64,000 nucleotides of DNA from Octopus bimaculoides (taxonomy: Eukaryota). Where the stretch lies: positions 45,719,444 through 45,783,443 of the forward strand of contig NC_068986.1 in the NCBI RefSeq assembly GCF_001194135.2, in the 5' to 3' direction. Shown in pieces: positions 54,899 through 62,194 of the stretch; position 1 is the first letter of the stretch; each line of letters starts with the position of its first letter. The notes under the pieces were generated by a model that was given only the letters and a program-made list of their open reading frames with translations, ran no database searches and had not been told where the DNA came from. The position numbers were made by a program, and so were the translations under genes.

Positions 54899-57800
54899 GT
54901 ATATATATTTTACCTTTTACTTGTGTCAGTCATTAGATTGCAACCATGCTGAAACACAGCCCTGAAGAAATTTAGTAGAAAGAATTGACTTCAATACTTA
55001 CTTTCCTAAGCTTAGTACTTATTCTATCAGACACTTTTGCTGAACTGCTAAGTTACGGGGACATAAATACACCAATATCGGTTGTCAAGTGTTGGTGGTA
55101 GGGGACAAACACCCACACACATGTATATATAAATAAATATGTATATACGACGGGATTCTTCCAGTTTCCATATAGAAAATCCACTCAAAAGGCTTTGGTC
55201 GGCGAAGAAAGCTTCTTACCAGATAGCAATACCTATATACGAGAGGATGCTGAAAGGTTCCTGGCTTTAAGAGTATTGCGAAAGGCCTGTTTGGAAACCC
55301 AACTTTCTGAGTTCTTCTACAGGACTTGAAAGAACTGAAGGCCCGCTGTAGTTAGTGTGCTTATCTGAGAGAGAACTACATTGAATAAAATCATAGTTTA
55401 CTGATCCTCTTGCATTTTCTTTTCACCCAAAGCCAGGAACTTTTCAGCACATCCTCGTACATATAATTTTCAAAAATTCTCCTGAGTCACGGCTGAAGGA
55501 AATATCTCCGTCGAAAATTTATTATAAAAGCCCATCAACTGTTCTACTTTACCTGTGTAAAATGTGGGCATGGGGGTATGATATCTATGTATATTTCCTA
55601 TTTAGTATTGGGGAAGTTTCATTTATAAGGACGTACTCCCGTATTTGTCTTAGGGTTGGGTCTTTTGGGTGCTTGGATAAGATGCGGATGTCAAGTTGAC
55701 CCAAGTTGCCTCCATGCTGGTCTTTGGCATGTTGGTAGAGTATGGAGGACTGTTTTTTGCTGTTGTTTTGCGAGAAGCCTCTGATACTTATCAGTAGAGT
55801 TAGTGTGACGGTCGACTTCACTACAATAGTGAACATCCGGGATCTATTATTTGTGGCAGTCTTGTGTGTGGGTGTGCGTGGCTTAGTTTTGTTTGTAACC
55901 AGGCCAACTGCTACATTATTTTGTATACCACACTTAGACATTTTGCTGCTCACGCTCCATCTACAAACAGTTTTTTGATGGTTTTTCTGTACTGTATGTG
56001 TGCATTAGGATGTGGATTCCTCTGGGGATGGTTTCATTCTATCTAGAGTAGAGAGTGATTTTGCCATAAGATACGTTTGGCTTGAGTTTTGGCTGCTTAA
56101 AGCGGTAGTTATTCACTATGCCAGCAGACACCTTTTATGTAGAATTTACAGTTGATACGTGCTTCATGTACCGTTTTCTTGTTTATTTTACATTTCCTTT
56201 TTGTTTTAAGTTTAAATTCGGTTTCATCACTCTTTCTTTTCCTTCGCTACTTTGGGAGGTGGCGCTGGGGCTGCTTCTCTTGGGAGCTTTTGTTTTCTTT
56301 TCTTTCTGCTTTTACATCTCTTTAAATATGAATATTCTCGTTCATGGTTGCACTATTGTTGTCGCCCTCCTTATTGAGCTTTCCACATGTGGCTGCCACA
56401 CTGGTATTTTTCTCTGTATCAGGCGTTTCACTTGGAGGCTCACCACTTTTAAAAATGGTATCTAGTTTGTTCAAGTGTGACCTAATAAGTGCATATGAGC
56501 GGATGAATTCACCACACTATTTGCGTCAAGGATCTGATAAACCCATTGCTTTTCAGTACTGCTGCAATAAGCTAGTTGGGTGAATCATTTTCGGCTATGG
56601 TCCAAGTTCTAAGGAACAAATCTTCTTCAGTAGTCGTCCAGTTTCTCGATGTCTTTGCTGCGCTATTTATCTTCTTCCTTGTGGTGGTTGTGTCACTGCA
56701 TGTATGATTTGTTCGTAGTTGCAGAGTGAGAGAGAGGGGGAGGAAGAGAGAGAGCGAAGAAATGATGAGGATATGAGTGGAGAGTGAGCAGGGAGTAACT
56801 TGAAACAGAGGCGGAAGCAAGTAAAAGGGGAGAGAAGAGGGTCAAAAAGGAGATGAAATGGATATGTCAGGACAAAGAGAGTAAGTGGATGAAAGACAGA
56901 GCAGGCTGAGACAGAGAGAAGATCAAGTGGCGGGGGAGAAGGGACCGAGAGAAGAGAGGATGAAAATAGTGAGAGGAGAGCAACAAGAGGGGGAGAGAAA
57001 GAGAGAGGAGATTAAATGGGGGAGAGTTAAGACTCAGTAAGTATATGAAGGGTTATAAAGGGGTAAAGTGCGACTAAGGTTGGGAGGAGAGTGCATAAAG
57101 AAAAGAAAGTGAATAAATTGAGAGAGAAATGAAGAGAGCGTTACTCGAAATATAGAGCAATCCTAGTTGAGTAAAGATGGAAGGACACATATATACATAT
57201 ATGTGTATAGAGACAGGGAGAACAATTAAATGTTCATTGCTTTATATATTAATTGATAGTTGATCTCAGCATGATCAAGTCTCAGTTTTAGAGTCAGTAC
57301 TTTCCCGCTAATTCGAGTTTGGAAGTTATGCAATAGCTTCTAATTTGGAGCAAGATATGATATCCCATCTCACTTCATAGTTGAGAATCGAATACTAGAT
57401 ATTTGAATTATATGAATTATATACTCACTGCATTTCAGGCGATTAAGTTCCTGATTTCCACGACTTTTTATCTGTCCATTGAGTATTTCAGTACAGAAGT
57501 GAATATTCTGAGCACGTCTGTAAAAGATTATTAATAACAATTAATATCAGATACCATTATTTCATTATAACAGGCACACAGAAACAGCAACCGAATATCC
57601 CACAAACCACACCCCACATTCTTAAAAAAATTAGACTTTCAATAATTTATATTATGTCTGGAATACAAACATTTGGAACACTTTTTATCATAGATCTGCT
57701 TAACCAATGTTGACATATGACTAAACAACAACGAATTCCACCTTTCAATTTGGTCTCGTGTCAGTGGTTCATAACTGTTTGCGTATTGTCTGGATGAAAT

Positions 57801-60002
57801 CAGTGTATCTCAATGGTAACTAATTTTTTTATTTCTCGTCATTGAAAGAATCTCATAGACTCATTTCTCAAACTTCACAGTCCTCTTCTAAGATTCTTCA
57901 GTATCAATTTTTCTTCGTTGAAATGCATCTAGGAAATGTAGTGAGTGAATGTTTACCTACGAGTTTGTTTATTCTAACAGTTTGCTCATCACATGGTCCT
58001 GAGGGTCTTTATATTGCAGTATCCCATTTACGGATAAAAACCATAATCAATAGATACCGTTGTCAAACCTGAGATGTATTCACGTATTCATATAGTTATT
58101 GAATATTTTAAAAAGCTAGCTAATGCTGTGGTGGTTCGCTGCAAACTTATTCTGAAGGAACAAACTATTTCTATTTGTTCCTCAATTTTGTGAGGCTTCG
58201 TAGTACGTTCGTAGCACTAGTGGTAACAACCGACTCTGACATCTAAATTCACAGTAGGACAAGCTTATAAATAGCAACTATTATCTTTATTGAAAAATGA
58301 AGAGGACTGTATAATTTCTTTTCTTCTTCCTTGTTTCTCAGGGCAGGTGTATATATACTGATAAAAAGGCAAAAATACAAGGGAATTTAAAAACCATTCG
58401 CTTACACTTAAAAACTAGATTAATTCCATGGATCTGATTTTCTCTCCCGATCTTCCTTGAAAAACGTGTGGCCATCGCCTAGTTCACAAGGTTTAATCAT
58501 CTATACTAATCTTGCCCTACCAGTTTTATAGTTACGAGGTCTGATTTCTTGAAAAGACTTGTTCTGTTGCCTCTGTCAAATGAAGTATGCATGTTCTATG
58601 CATAACAAATGAGTGCTTCCTTTGTTTTTCCTTCCGTTTAATCTTGTCCACAAAAACTAGGCTAACTACTTGCCTTGATCAGCTGGCTATTTGTTATTTT
58701 TGTGATTTCTGCTGCTGTAGTTTGTTGTTTGGCCTCAGGCCTAGCCTCATCAATACTTTTTAGATAATAATTCGAATTGGTTGCTAGTCAAGCAGTTAAG
58801 TGACCACGTAATGGCTTCTCCATTGACTCGTTAGTTTGAAGAACAGCTAACGTTTCGAACGTTTTTGACAGTCCTTTGTGCTACTAATGAGCATTAACAA
58901 TTCTAAAGAAACTTTCACATTAGTCACCAGAATACACCTAACTTCGTTTCTGCTATGGGGTACAGCGAAGAGAGACTGCACAACCACACGCAGCGGTATG
59001 CAGGTCCAAAACTATGACTTCCAGTTTTGATATCACCTGTCGTCATGCTCTTTTTCTATCATAATGGATCTTTATCGGGGTGGCGGGAGAGGAGTACTCA
59101 GAATTTTGTCCGTTAAGAATAACACTCGATAACTCCTACTCTCGTGGTCATAAAGGCTAGACTCAACAATATTTTTGAACTCGTTATTTCTTTTACCTCA
59201 ATAGAAGTTGATGTCCATTTTGTTACTTTCATCAAACCAGCATGACGAAATAGTTTTGGCATTCAGATATGAGCAGTTTCTTATTTTCAGTTGTTTTACA
59301 TCTGTTGGATTGCCTCTTTTGGACAGCCTATTGAAATGGTTTAGTAGATTGTGTTAACTGATGCACGCTATGTTTTCTCGGTAGCATAGATGAGAGATGG
59401 TGGAGACCAAATGTGTATGACTTCCTGTCAAATACGTATTCTCAACCCATCAGAGATTCTATACCTTCTAGAGTCCACATGATTATCAGTAAATAGCATA
59501 TATATCTTCAGTGTAAGTTGTAAAATATCAAAATATAAGGGAAAATATCCGGAGTGTGGTGCTTAAGATAACTTGATAGATCGTTTGTTTTTCTTCGGGT
59601 TGTTACCTCAACTAATAGTATTAAATGTTGCATCCTGACATTAATTCAGTCAACCCAAAGTTTCTTGAATTGGGATCTCAGTATCAAGTTGACCACGATT
59701 TCTATACATCGCGCTTGGATTCATTCATTGTTTAGTCACAAAACAAGTATACACCAATCTATGTGGGTGCGCATGTGTGTTTATTTTGTGTTTCTGCACG
59801 GTTTTTTGTACTTTATTTTTTAGCTTCCTGCGTATTTTTGTATGATTCTGTATTTTCTGTGTTTTCATTAGATTTTGTTTTTATTTTTCATTGTTTATGT
59901 TTATATTTGCTTATACTTACTGGCAATCTGTCTTGGCATAATCGTCTAGACTGTTTCGGCAGTCTCTGAAGTTTTCTTGATTCAAAAGTATGTTAACGCC
60001 AC
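5769..60002 (-). CDS. Multi-exon gene, 5'-incomplete: tandem six-cysteine-module cell-surface protein with GPI-like C-terminus (6 modules, about 366 aa in window)
   Basis: Exons join in frame: 60002-59921, 57517-57429, 54380-54311, 43308-43217, 42612-42537, 36700-36594, 31767-31701, 29292-29204, 25381-25300, 18590-18502, 14905-14821, 6857-6775, 5857-5769. Translation: [366 protein letters not shown]. All sites are GT-AG, phases alternate 1/2, and five N-x-S/T sequons are present. Confidence 0.88.
6230..6710 (-). mobile_element. CR1/Jockey-type APE endonuclease relic
   Basis: [14 protein letters not shown]...[13 protein letters not shown] resembles GDFNVHN...AILNDLTQL. Confidence 0.45.
6775..6857 (-). 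CDS. Exon B6 (83 bp): [27 protein letters not shown]
   Basis: Acceptor ttttcttttctcgctcttcctag|; donor GAT G|gtaagt. Confidence 0.9.
7200..7335 (-). mobile_element. SINE family D fragment
   Basis: ttatcgaccctgagaggatgaaagac...ctaacgttcctgctagtacgccgcc. Confidence 0.7.
7790..8740 (-). mobile_element. Tx1/L1-type LINE ORF1 (gag-like) relic
   Basis: [62 protein letters not shown] (degenerate zinc knuckle). Confidence 0.6.
8947..10163 (-). mobile_element. Five tandem SINE family D copies separated by (AAT)n
   Basis: Copies at about 8947-9110, 9125-9332, 9438-9641, 9717-9916 and 9950-10163; minus-strand A-box TGGCAGAATC and B-box GAGTTCAAATTCC, (ATT)n tails. Confidence 0.9.
10281..10802. mobile_element. 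Unclassified ~550-bp interspersed repeat flanked by (AAT)n, copy 1
   Basis: Clearly homologous to 12271-12814. Confidence 0.8.
10823..11034 (-). mobile_element. SINE family D
   Basis: Same core and tail as the tandem array. Confidence 0.85.
11048..11470 (+). mobile_element. R4/Dong-clade LINE 3' end (restriction-like endonuclease plus 3' UTR), ending at (AAT)n
   Basis: [22 protein letters not shown]...[32 protein letters not shown]...[11 protein letters not shown]. Confidence 0.85.
11871..12142 (+). mobile_element. R4/Dong LINE 3' end, second copy (possibly allelic duplication across the gap)
   Basis: Near-identical to 11200-11470, including the downstream microsatellite pattern. Confidence 0.8.
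12271..12814. mobile_element. Unclassified ~550-bp repeat flanked by (AAT)n, copy 2
   Basis: Homologous to 10281-10802. Confidence 0.8.
13088..13712. mobile_element. Non-autonomous TIR element (Merlin-like) with central telomeric (CCCTAA)n/(TTAGGG)n
   Basis: [23 protein letters not shown](G)CCACATTTTTCATTAA; 8-bp TSD TCTAAAGA at 13080-13087 and 13713-13720; inserted into a SINE D relic. Confidence 0.9.
14363..14659. mobile_element. hAT (Charlie-type) MITE
   Basis: TIR CAGGGGTTTTCAAA / TTTGAAAACCCCTG; 8-bp TSD GTCTATAT. Confidence 0.92.
14821..14905 (-). CDS. Exon A6 (85 bp): [27 protein letters not shown]
   Basis: Acceptor ttctttattttttgcttttgcag|; donor TGC GG|gtaaat. Confidence 0.88.
15340..15830 (+). 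mobile_element. Penelope-like element 3' end: GIY-YIG C-terminus plus degenerate hammerhead motif
   Basis: [20 protein letters not shown]...FYQC...[18 protein letters not shown], then gtgaaga...cgaaaccggtta at about 15754-15820. Confidence 0.7.
16419..16712 (-). mobile_element. SINE family A, truncated by gap
   Basis: ctggagcaccgcctttagtcgagcaa...gacacttgcccaagatgccacgcagtg. Confidence 0.9.
17380..17770 (+). mobile_element. tRNA-derived SINE family B, full length
   Basis: A-box TGGCCCAGTGG, B-box GGTTTCGATTCCC; matches 22770, 38060 and 44735. Confidence 0.92.
17955..18320. mobile_element. Two SINE D copies head-to-head (minus about 17955-18110, plus about 18125-18320)
   Basis: Core sequence present in both orientations. 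Confidence 0.75.
18502..18590 (-). CDS. Exon B5 (89 bp): [29 protein letters not shown]
   Basis: Acceptor ttttattactttacag|; donor TGT G|gtaagt. Confidence 0.88.
19215..19520 (+). mobile_element. tRNA-derived SINE with B-like head and a different tail
   Basis: TGGCCTAATGG...GAGTTCGAATCTC head; ggtgtcccgtccagg motif; ends in (CAA)n. Confidence 0.8.
19945..20560. repeat. About 270-bp tandem duplication flanking a 10-N gap
   Basis: cccactactggaatgacctgatcttc...catacagaactgacacg occurs at about 19950 and about 20339. Confidence 0.8.
20955..21095 (+). ncRNA. Penelope-type hammerhead ribozyme motif (degenerate) in a pLTR-like relic
   Basis: CTGAAGA at 20963-20969; stem II GGCTTAG / CTAGGCC (20970-20976 / 21067-21073); GAAA at 21074-21077; palindromic stem III AC-AGCT-GT; GUA cleavage triplet. 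Confidence 0.65.
21330..21495 (-). mobile_element. SINE family A 5' half
   Basis: gggcttctttcagtttccg...gacacttgctcaagg...aaccatgtgg. Confidence 0.85.
21815..22270 (+). mobile_element. Two tandem SINE family D copies
   Basis: gcggcgagctggcagaatc...gagttcaaattccgccgagg...gaaaggattattatt. Confidence 0.88.
22770..23152 (+). mobile_element. SINE family B
   Basis: Near-identical to 17380-17770. Confidence 0.92.
23560..24030 (+). mobile_element. Diverged SINE family A
   Basis: ccctgtaacttagtggtttggcaaaagag...aatgactaaaacaagg. Confidence 0.75.
25300..25381 (-). CDS. Exon A5 (82 bp): [26 protein letters not shown]
   Basis: Acceptor cattctttttgtcag|; weaker donor TGC AA|gtgtgt; full three-Cys A pattern. 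Confidence 0.8.
26781..28179 (-). mobile_element. Mariner element, decayed transposase
   Basis: TIR ttaggttgtctggaaagttccgagcattt / aaatgctcagaactttcagacaatttaa; GRPS helix-turn-helix and WVPHKL motif. Confidence 0.9.
29204..29292 (-). CDS. Exon B4 (89 bp): [29 protein letters not shown]
   Basis: Acceptor atatatttttag|; donor TGT G|gtaagc; lacks C4. Confidence 0.82.
30790..31260 (-). mobile_element. CR1-like LINE 3' relic
   Basis: Frameshifted ...[17 protein letters not shown]...RYCNSL...IPDEP motifs. Confidence 0.6.
31701..31767 (-). CDS. Exon A4 (67 bp): [21 protein letters not shown]
   Basis: Acceptor ccattccaatcacag|; donor TGC GA|gtaagt; has C1 and C3 but lacks C2. Confidence 0.8.
33932..34477. 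mobile_element. Second copy of the telomere-core Merlin-like element, inverted relative to 13088
   Basis: Same TIR; 8-bp TSD GAAAACTG at 33924-33931 and 34478-34485; gap in the telomeric core. Confidence 0.9.
34833..36034 (-). mobile_element. Tc1/mariner-superfamily element (DD37D/maT-like), decayed
   Basis: TA|CAGGGTG...CACCCTG|TA; [26 protein letters not shown]; YVFQQHSAP. Confidence 0.85.
36130..36345 (-). mobile_element. SINE family D
   Basis: ggcataaggccagcaattttgagg...ggaatttgaacccagaacg. Confidence 0.8.
36594..36700 (-). CDS. Exon B3 (107 bp): [35 protein letters not shown]
   Basis: Acceptor cttttactctccatcag|; donor TGC G|gtgagt. Confidence 0.87.
36803..36969. repeat. Near-perfect inverted repeat (arms 36803-36873 and 36888-36969)
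   Basis: ...gcgaggacgtgatac.gatattgtgttactggacgctc / gagcgtccagtaacacaatatc.gtatcacgtcctcgc... Confidence 0.92.
37572..39114 (+). mobile_element. Non-autonomous Helitron carrying an STPR-like repeat ORF and a nested SINE
   Basis: 5' A|TC...tctgtctgtctg; 3' hairpin CCGTCC-AAT-GGACGG at 39085-39099, 11 nt before CTAG|T. Confidence 0.82.
38060..38443 (+). mobile_element. SINE family B inside the Helitron
   Basis: Near-identical to 17380. Confidence 0.92.
38711..39157 (+). CDS. Helitron Rep/helicase N-terminal-like ORF with ~23-aa repeats (xSETxEQAxRRRARxAAS)
   Basis: [17 protein letters not shown] start and repeated ASETPEQ..RRRA units typical of animal Helitron N-termini; no Rep or helicase domain. 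Confidence 0.55.
39980..41080. repeat. (CA)n microsatellites and a long degenerate GT-rich low-complexity tract
   Basis: Directly visible. Confidence 0.9.
42537..42612 (-). CDS. Exon A3 (76 bp): [24 protein letters not shown]
   Basis: Acceptor ttaatttttttaag|; donor TGT CT|gtaagt. Confidence 0.88.
42946..43110 (+). mobile_element. Diverged tRNA-headed CORE-type SINE fragment
   Basis: ggcgcgtggcctaatagttagggc...ggtttcaattc...gtccactcagct. Confidence 0.6.
43217..43308 (-). CDS. Exon B2 (92 bp): [30 protein letters not shown]
   Basis: Acceptor ctttacttttttag|; donor CTT A|gtaagt. Confidence 0.88.
44735..45072 (+). mobile_element. SINE family B
   Basis: atggcccagtggttagggc...gatcaactggaaccctc. 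Confidence 0.88.
45790..46870. mobile_element. AT-rich foldback/MITE-like element with ~200-bp TIRs and a tandemly duplicated right part
   Basis: 45790-46000 is the reverse complement of about 46207-46410; 46000-46410 is repeated at about 46450-46870. Confidence 0.75.
46866..47250 (-). mobile_element. SINE family A, nearly full length
   Basis: Tail ttttacttgtttcagtc to tRNA-like head gaacccggaaccatgtggttggtaagcaagc. Confidence 0.92.
48850..49060 (-). mobile_element. SINE family D
   Basis: Near-consensus core. Confidence 0.9.
49260..49560 (+). mobile_element. Possible I/Jockey-type ORF1 (gag-like) relic
   Basis: SEEEVIE...[12 protein letters not shown]...[10 protein letters not shown] resembles the region leading into a CCHC knuckle; heavily decayed. 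Confidence 0.3.
49945..50640 (+). mobile_element. Penelope-like element GIY-YIG endonuclease relic
   Basis: [21 protein letters not shown]; CPLQTHC..NVIYKC...[16 protein letters not shown]...[12 protein letters not shown]...WSIL. Confidence 0.85.
50700..51635 (+). mobile_element. HERO-clade (RLE) non-LTR retrotransposon 3' relic
   Basis: IRKWLGLPK...ALCG...[10 protein letters not shown]; WKAEEAV; WELAADL...KRPDLILW...L*LAVPWEEN...RKERRY..L.EEC..QGW. Confidence 0.85.
52105..52230. repeat. (GA)n microsatellite
   Basis: Directly visible. Confidence 0.95.
52628..53847 (+). mobile_element. Mariner element, decayed
   Basis: TA|TTGGGTCATTCCATAAATAA...TTATTTATGGGATGACCCAA|TA; [30 protein letters not shown]. 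Confidence 0.93.
54311..54380 (-). CDS. Exon A2 (70 bp): [22 protein letters not shown]
   Basis: Strong acceptor ttttattttttgttatctttatag|; donor TGC AG|gtaaga. Confidence 0.88.
54500..54845 (+). mobile_element. Mariner 3' fragment
   Basis: [19 protein letters not shown]; ends accctcg|ta. Confidence 0.75.
54910..55220 (-). mobile_element. SINE family A
   Basis: gaactgctaagttacggggac...atccactcaaaaggctttggtcggc. Confidence 0.85.
55240..55457. mobile_element. Mariner-derived MITE
   Basis: TA|CGAGAGGATGCTGAAAGGTTCCTGGCTTT...AAAGCCAGGAACTTTTCAGCACATCCTCG|TA. Confidence 0.88.
55585..55960 (-). mobile_element. Penelope-like GIY-YIG endonuclease C-terminal relic
   Basis: [13 protein letters not shown]...[30 protein letters not shown]. 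Confidence 0.65.
57429..57517 (-). CDS. Exon B1 (89 bp, phase 2 to 1): [29 protein letters not shown]
   Basis: Acceptor tcttttacag|; donor TGC A|gtgagt; C-x8-C spacing kept across the A1/B1 junction. Confidence 0.82.
59921..60002 (-). CDS. Exon A1 (82 bp, phase 1 to 2): [26 protein letters not shown]
   Basis: Acceptor ttagttgtag|GT; donor TGC CA|gtaagt; ends in Cys plus 2 nt like every A exon. Confidence 0.8.
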
Positions 60003-60941
60003 CTACAACTAACAACAATATGTAACCAATGAATATACTGAATATAAAAACTTGTGACATTTATGCATGTATCCATATACACACGCATATATATATATAT
60101 ATATATATATANNNNNNNNNNNNNNNNNNNNNNNNNNNNNNNNNNNNNNNNNNNNNNNNNNNNNNNNNNNNNNNNNNNNNNNNNNNNNNNNNNNNNNNNN
60201 NNNNNNNNNNNNNNNNNNNNNNNNNNNNNNNNNNNNNNNNNNNNNNNNNNNNNNNNNNNNNNNNNNNNNNNNNNNNNNNNNNNNNNNNNNNNNNNNNNNN
60301 NNNNNNNNNNNNNNNNNNNNNNNNNNNNNNNNNNNNNNNNNNNNNNNNNNNNNNNNNNNNNNNNNNNNNNNNNNNNNNNNNNNNNNNNNNNNNNNNNNNN
60401 NNNNNNNNNNNNNNNNNNNNNNNNNNNNNNNNNNNNNNNNNNNNNNNNNNNNNNNNNNNNNNNNNNNNNNNNNNNNNNNNNNNNNNNNNNNNNNNNNNNN
60501 NNNNNNNNNNNNNNNNNNNNNNNNNNNNNNNNNNNNNNNNNNNNNNNNNNNNNNNNNNNNNNNNNNNNNNNNNNNNNNNNNNNNNNNNNNNNNNNNNNNN
60601 NNNNNNNNNNNNNNNNNNNNNNNNNNNNNNNNNNNNNNNNNNNNNNNNNNNNNNNNNNACACACACACACACACACACACACACATATGGGCGGGGATAA
60701 ATAAACATTTGTACATAAAAGTTTTTAATGAATATTTTACATAATTTAATCATTATATTTTTAAAGGAATTTCAGCCTCATCGATTCTTCAGTGCTTTAA
60801 TTTTAAATGTTAATATTACAAAAACCTCACAGTTCACTGAGGGTTAAATAAGAATGTAAGTACATTCTTTTTATGATATTGATATACATCTATGAAACTT
60901 TGAAATGATTATGCTTTGTTGTACATGGAGTAGATAATATA

Positions 60942-62194
60942 CGAGGAGTGTTCATTAAAGATTTTTCCCTGACCCACTTCCCAATGACTTGGATAAATGA
61001 AACTTGGTATAATCATTAGTCCTGCACTACATAGCCACCAATAATGGTAACACACTTCTCCCATCACTATGCAGCTGTGAAAACCTCGCCTGTAAAAGTC
61101 AATAGGTTGTATCTGGAGCTAAGATTTTACCTCGGAAATAAGTTCATCATCATCCGGAAAGTGCCTTCCGCTCAGTGGTTGGAAAGCGGTGGAAGTCAGA
61201 TAGTGCGAAATCGGGAGAATAAGGAGGATGAGGAAGGATTTCATAGTGGCAGAAGTGTCCTTTCATCTGGGCAGTATGTGCATTGCGAATTGGGGCGTTG
61301 TCTTGGAGGAGGCACACTCCTTTGCTCAGCATGCCGTGCCTCTCTGCTTTCATGGCGTCCTACAATTTCTGCAGCAGAGAAGCATAATATTGTGGTGCCC
61401 TTTGCCAGAAAATCCATCATCACTACTCTACGCTGGTCCCAAAAGACTGAGCATCAACTTGCCTGCTGATAGTTGGACACGAGCTTTCTTTGGAGGTGAT
61501 GAGTTATCATGCTTCCATTACTTCGCATGGACTTTAGTCTCAGGATCATGTTTCACCCTGTGTGATAAGTCTGCCGCAAAAGTCCTCCTCGTTTTCTTGG
61601 CACATTGCCAAAAGAGCCTGGAAGCAATTGACTCGTTCCTGGTTCTGGAAAACTGTGAGCATCCGGGGAATCCATCGTGAAGTCAATTTCCGCATGTACA
61701 AATGGTCATGAATGATTTTTCCACGGATCCTACACTTATCTTTACTTCTTGGGCTAGTTGCCGAATAGTTATGTAGCGGTCCTCCAAAATGGCAGCTTCC
61801 ACTTTATGGATGGTGTCGTCATCAATGGCGGAATGTGTCGTCCAGGAATAGGAACAGTTTCCACCAATGTCCGACCACGTTTGAACTGGTGATGCTAGTG
61901 CTAGACTACGTCGTATGATGGTGCATCGTCACCATAAACTTCTTTCATCTCATCGAAAGTCTCTTTTGGTGTACGACCTTTCAAGTATAAGAACATAATC
62001 ACTGATCTGCATACAACTGCCCCCATTATAACACCTTAGTCCACTTCAGTAGCCATAACAGACAAACGAATACTAGTGGAAAGCTGCAATTTAAAAATGT
62101 GACATGTAGAGACATGTATAATTATATCTGTACAAGTTCCATTTCCTGCAATAGCTGGAAGTGGATCAGGGGAAATCTTTAATGAACACCCCCG
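60942..62194 (-). mobile_element. Mariner element, decayed
   Basis: TA|CGAGGAGTGTTCATTAAAGATTT...AAATCTTTAATGAACACCCCCG|TA; LLQDNAP, HPPYSPDFALSDF. Confidence 0.93.

Noticed and set aside
59940-59975. Hammerhead-like GAAAC/CTGAAG motifs
   Set aside because: The motifs are on opposite strands and the sequence is coding exon A1.
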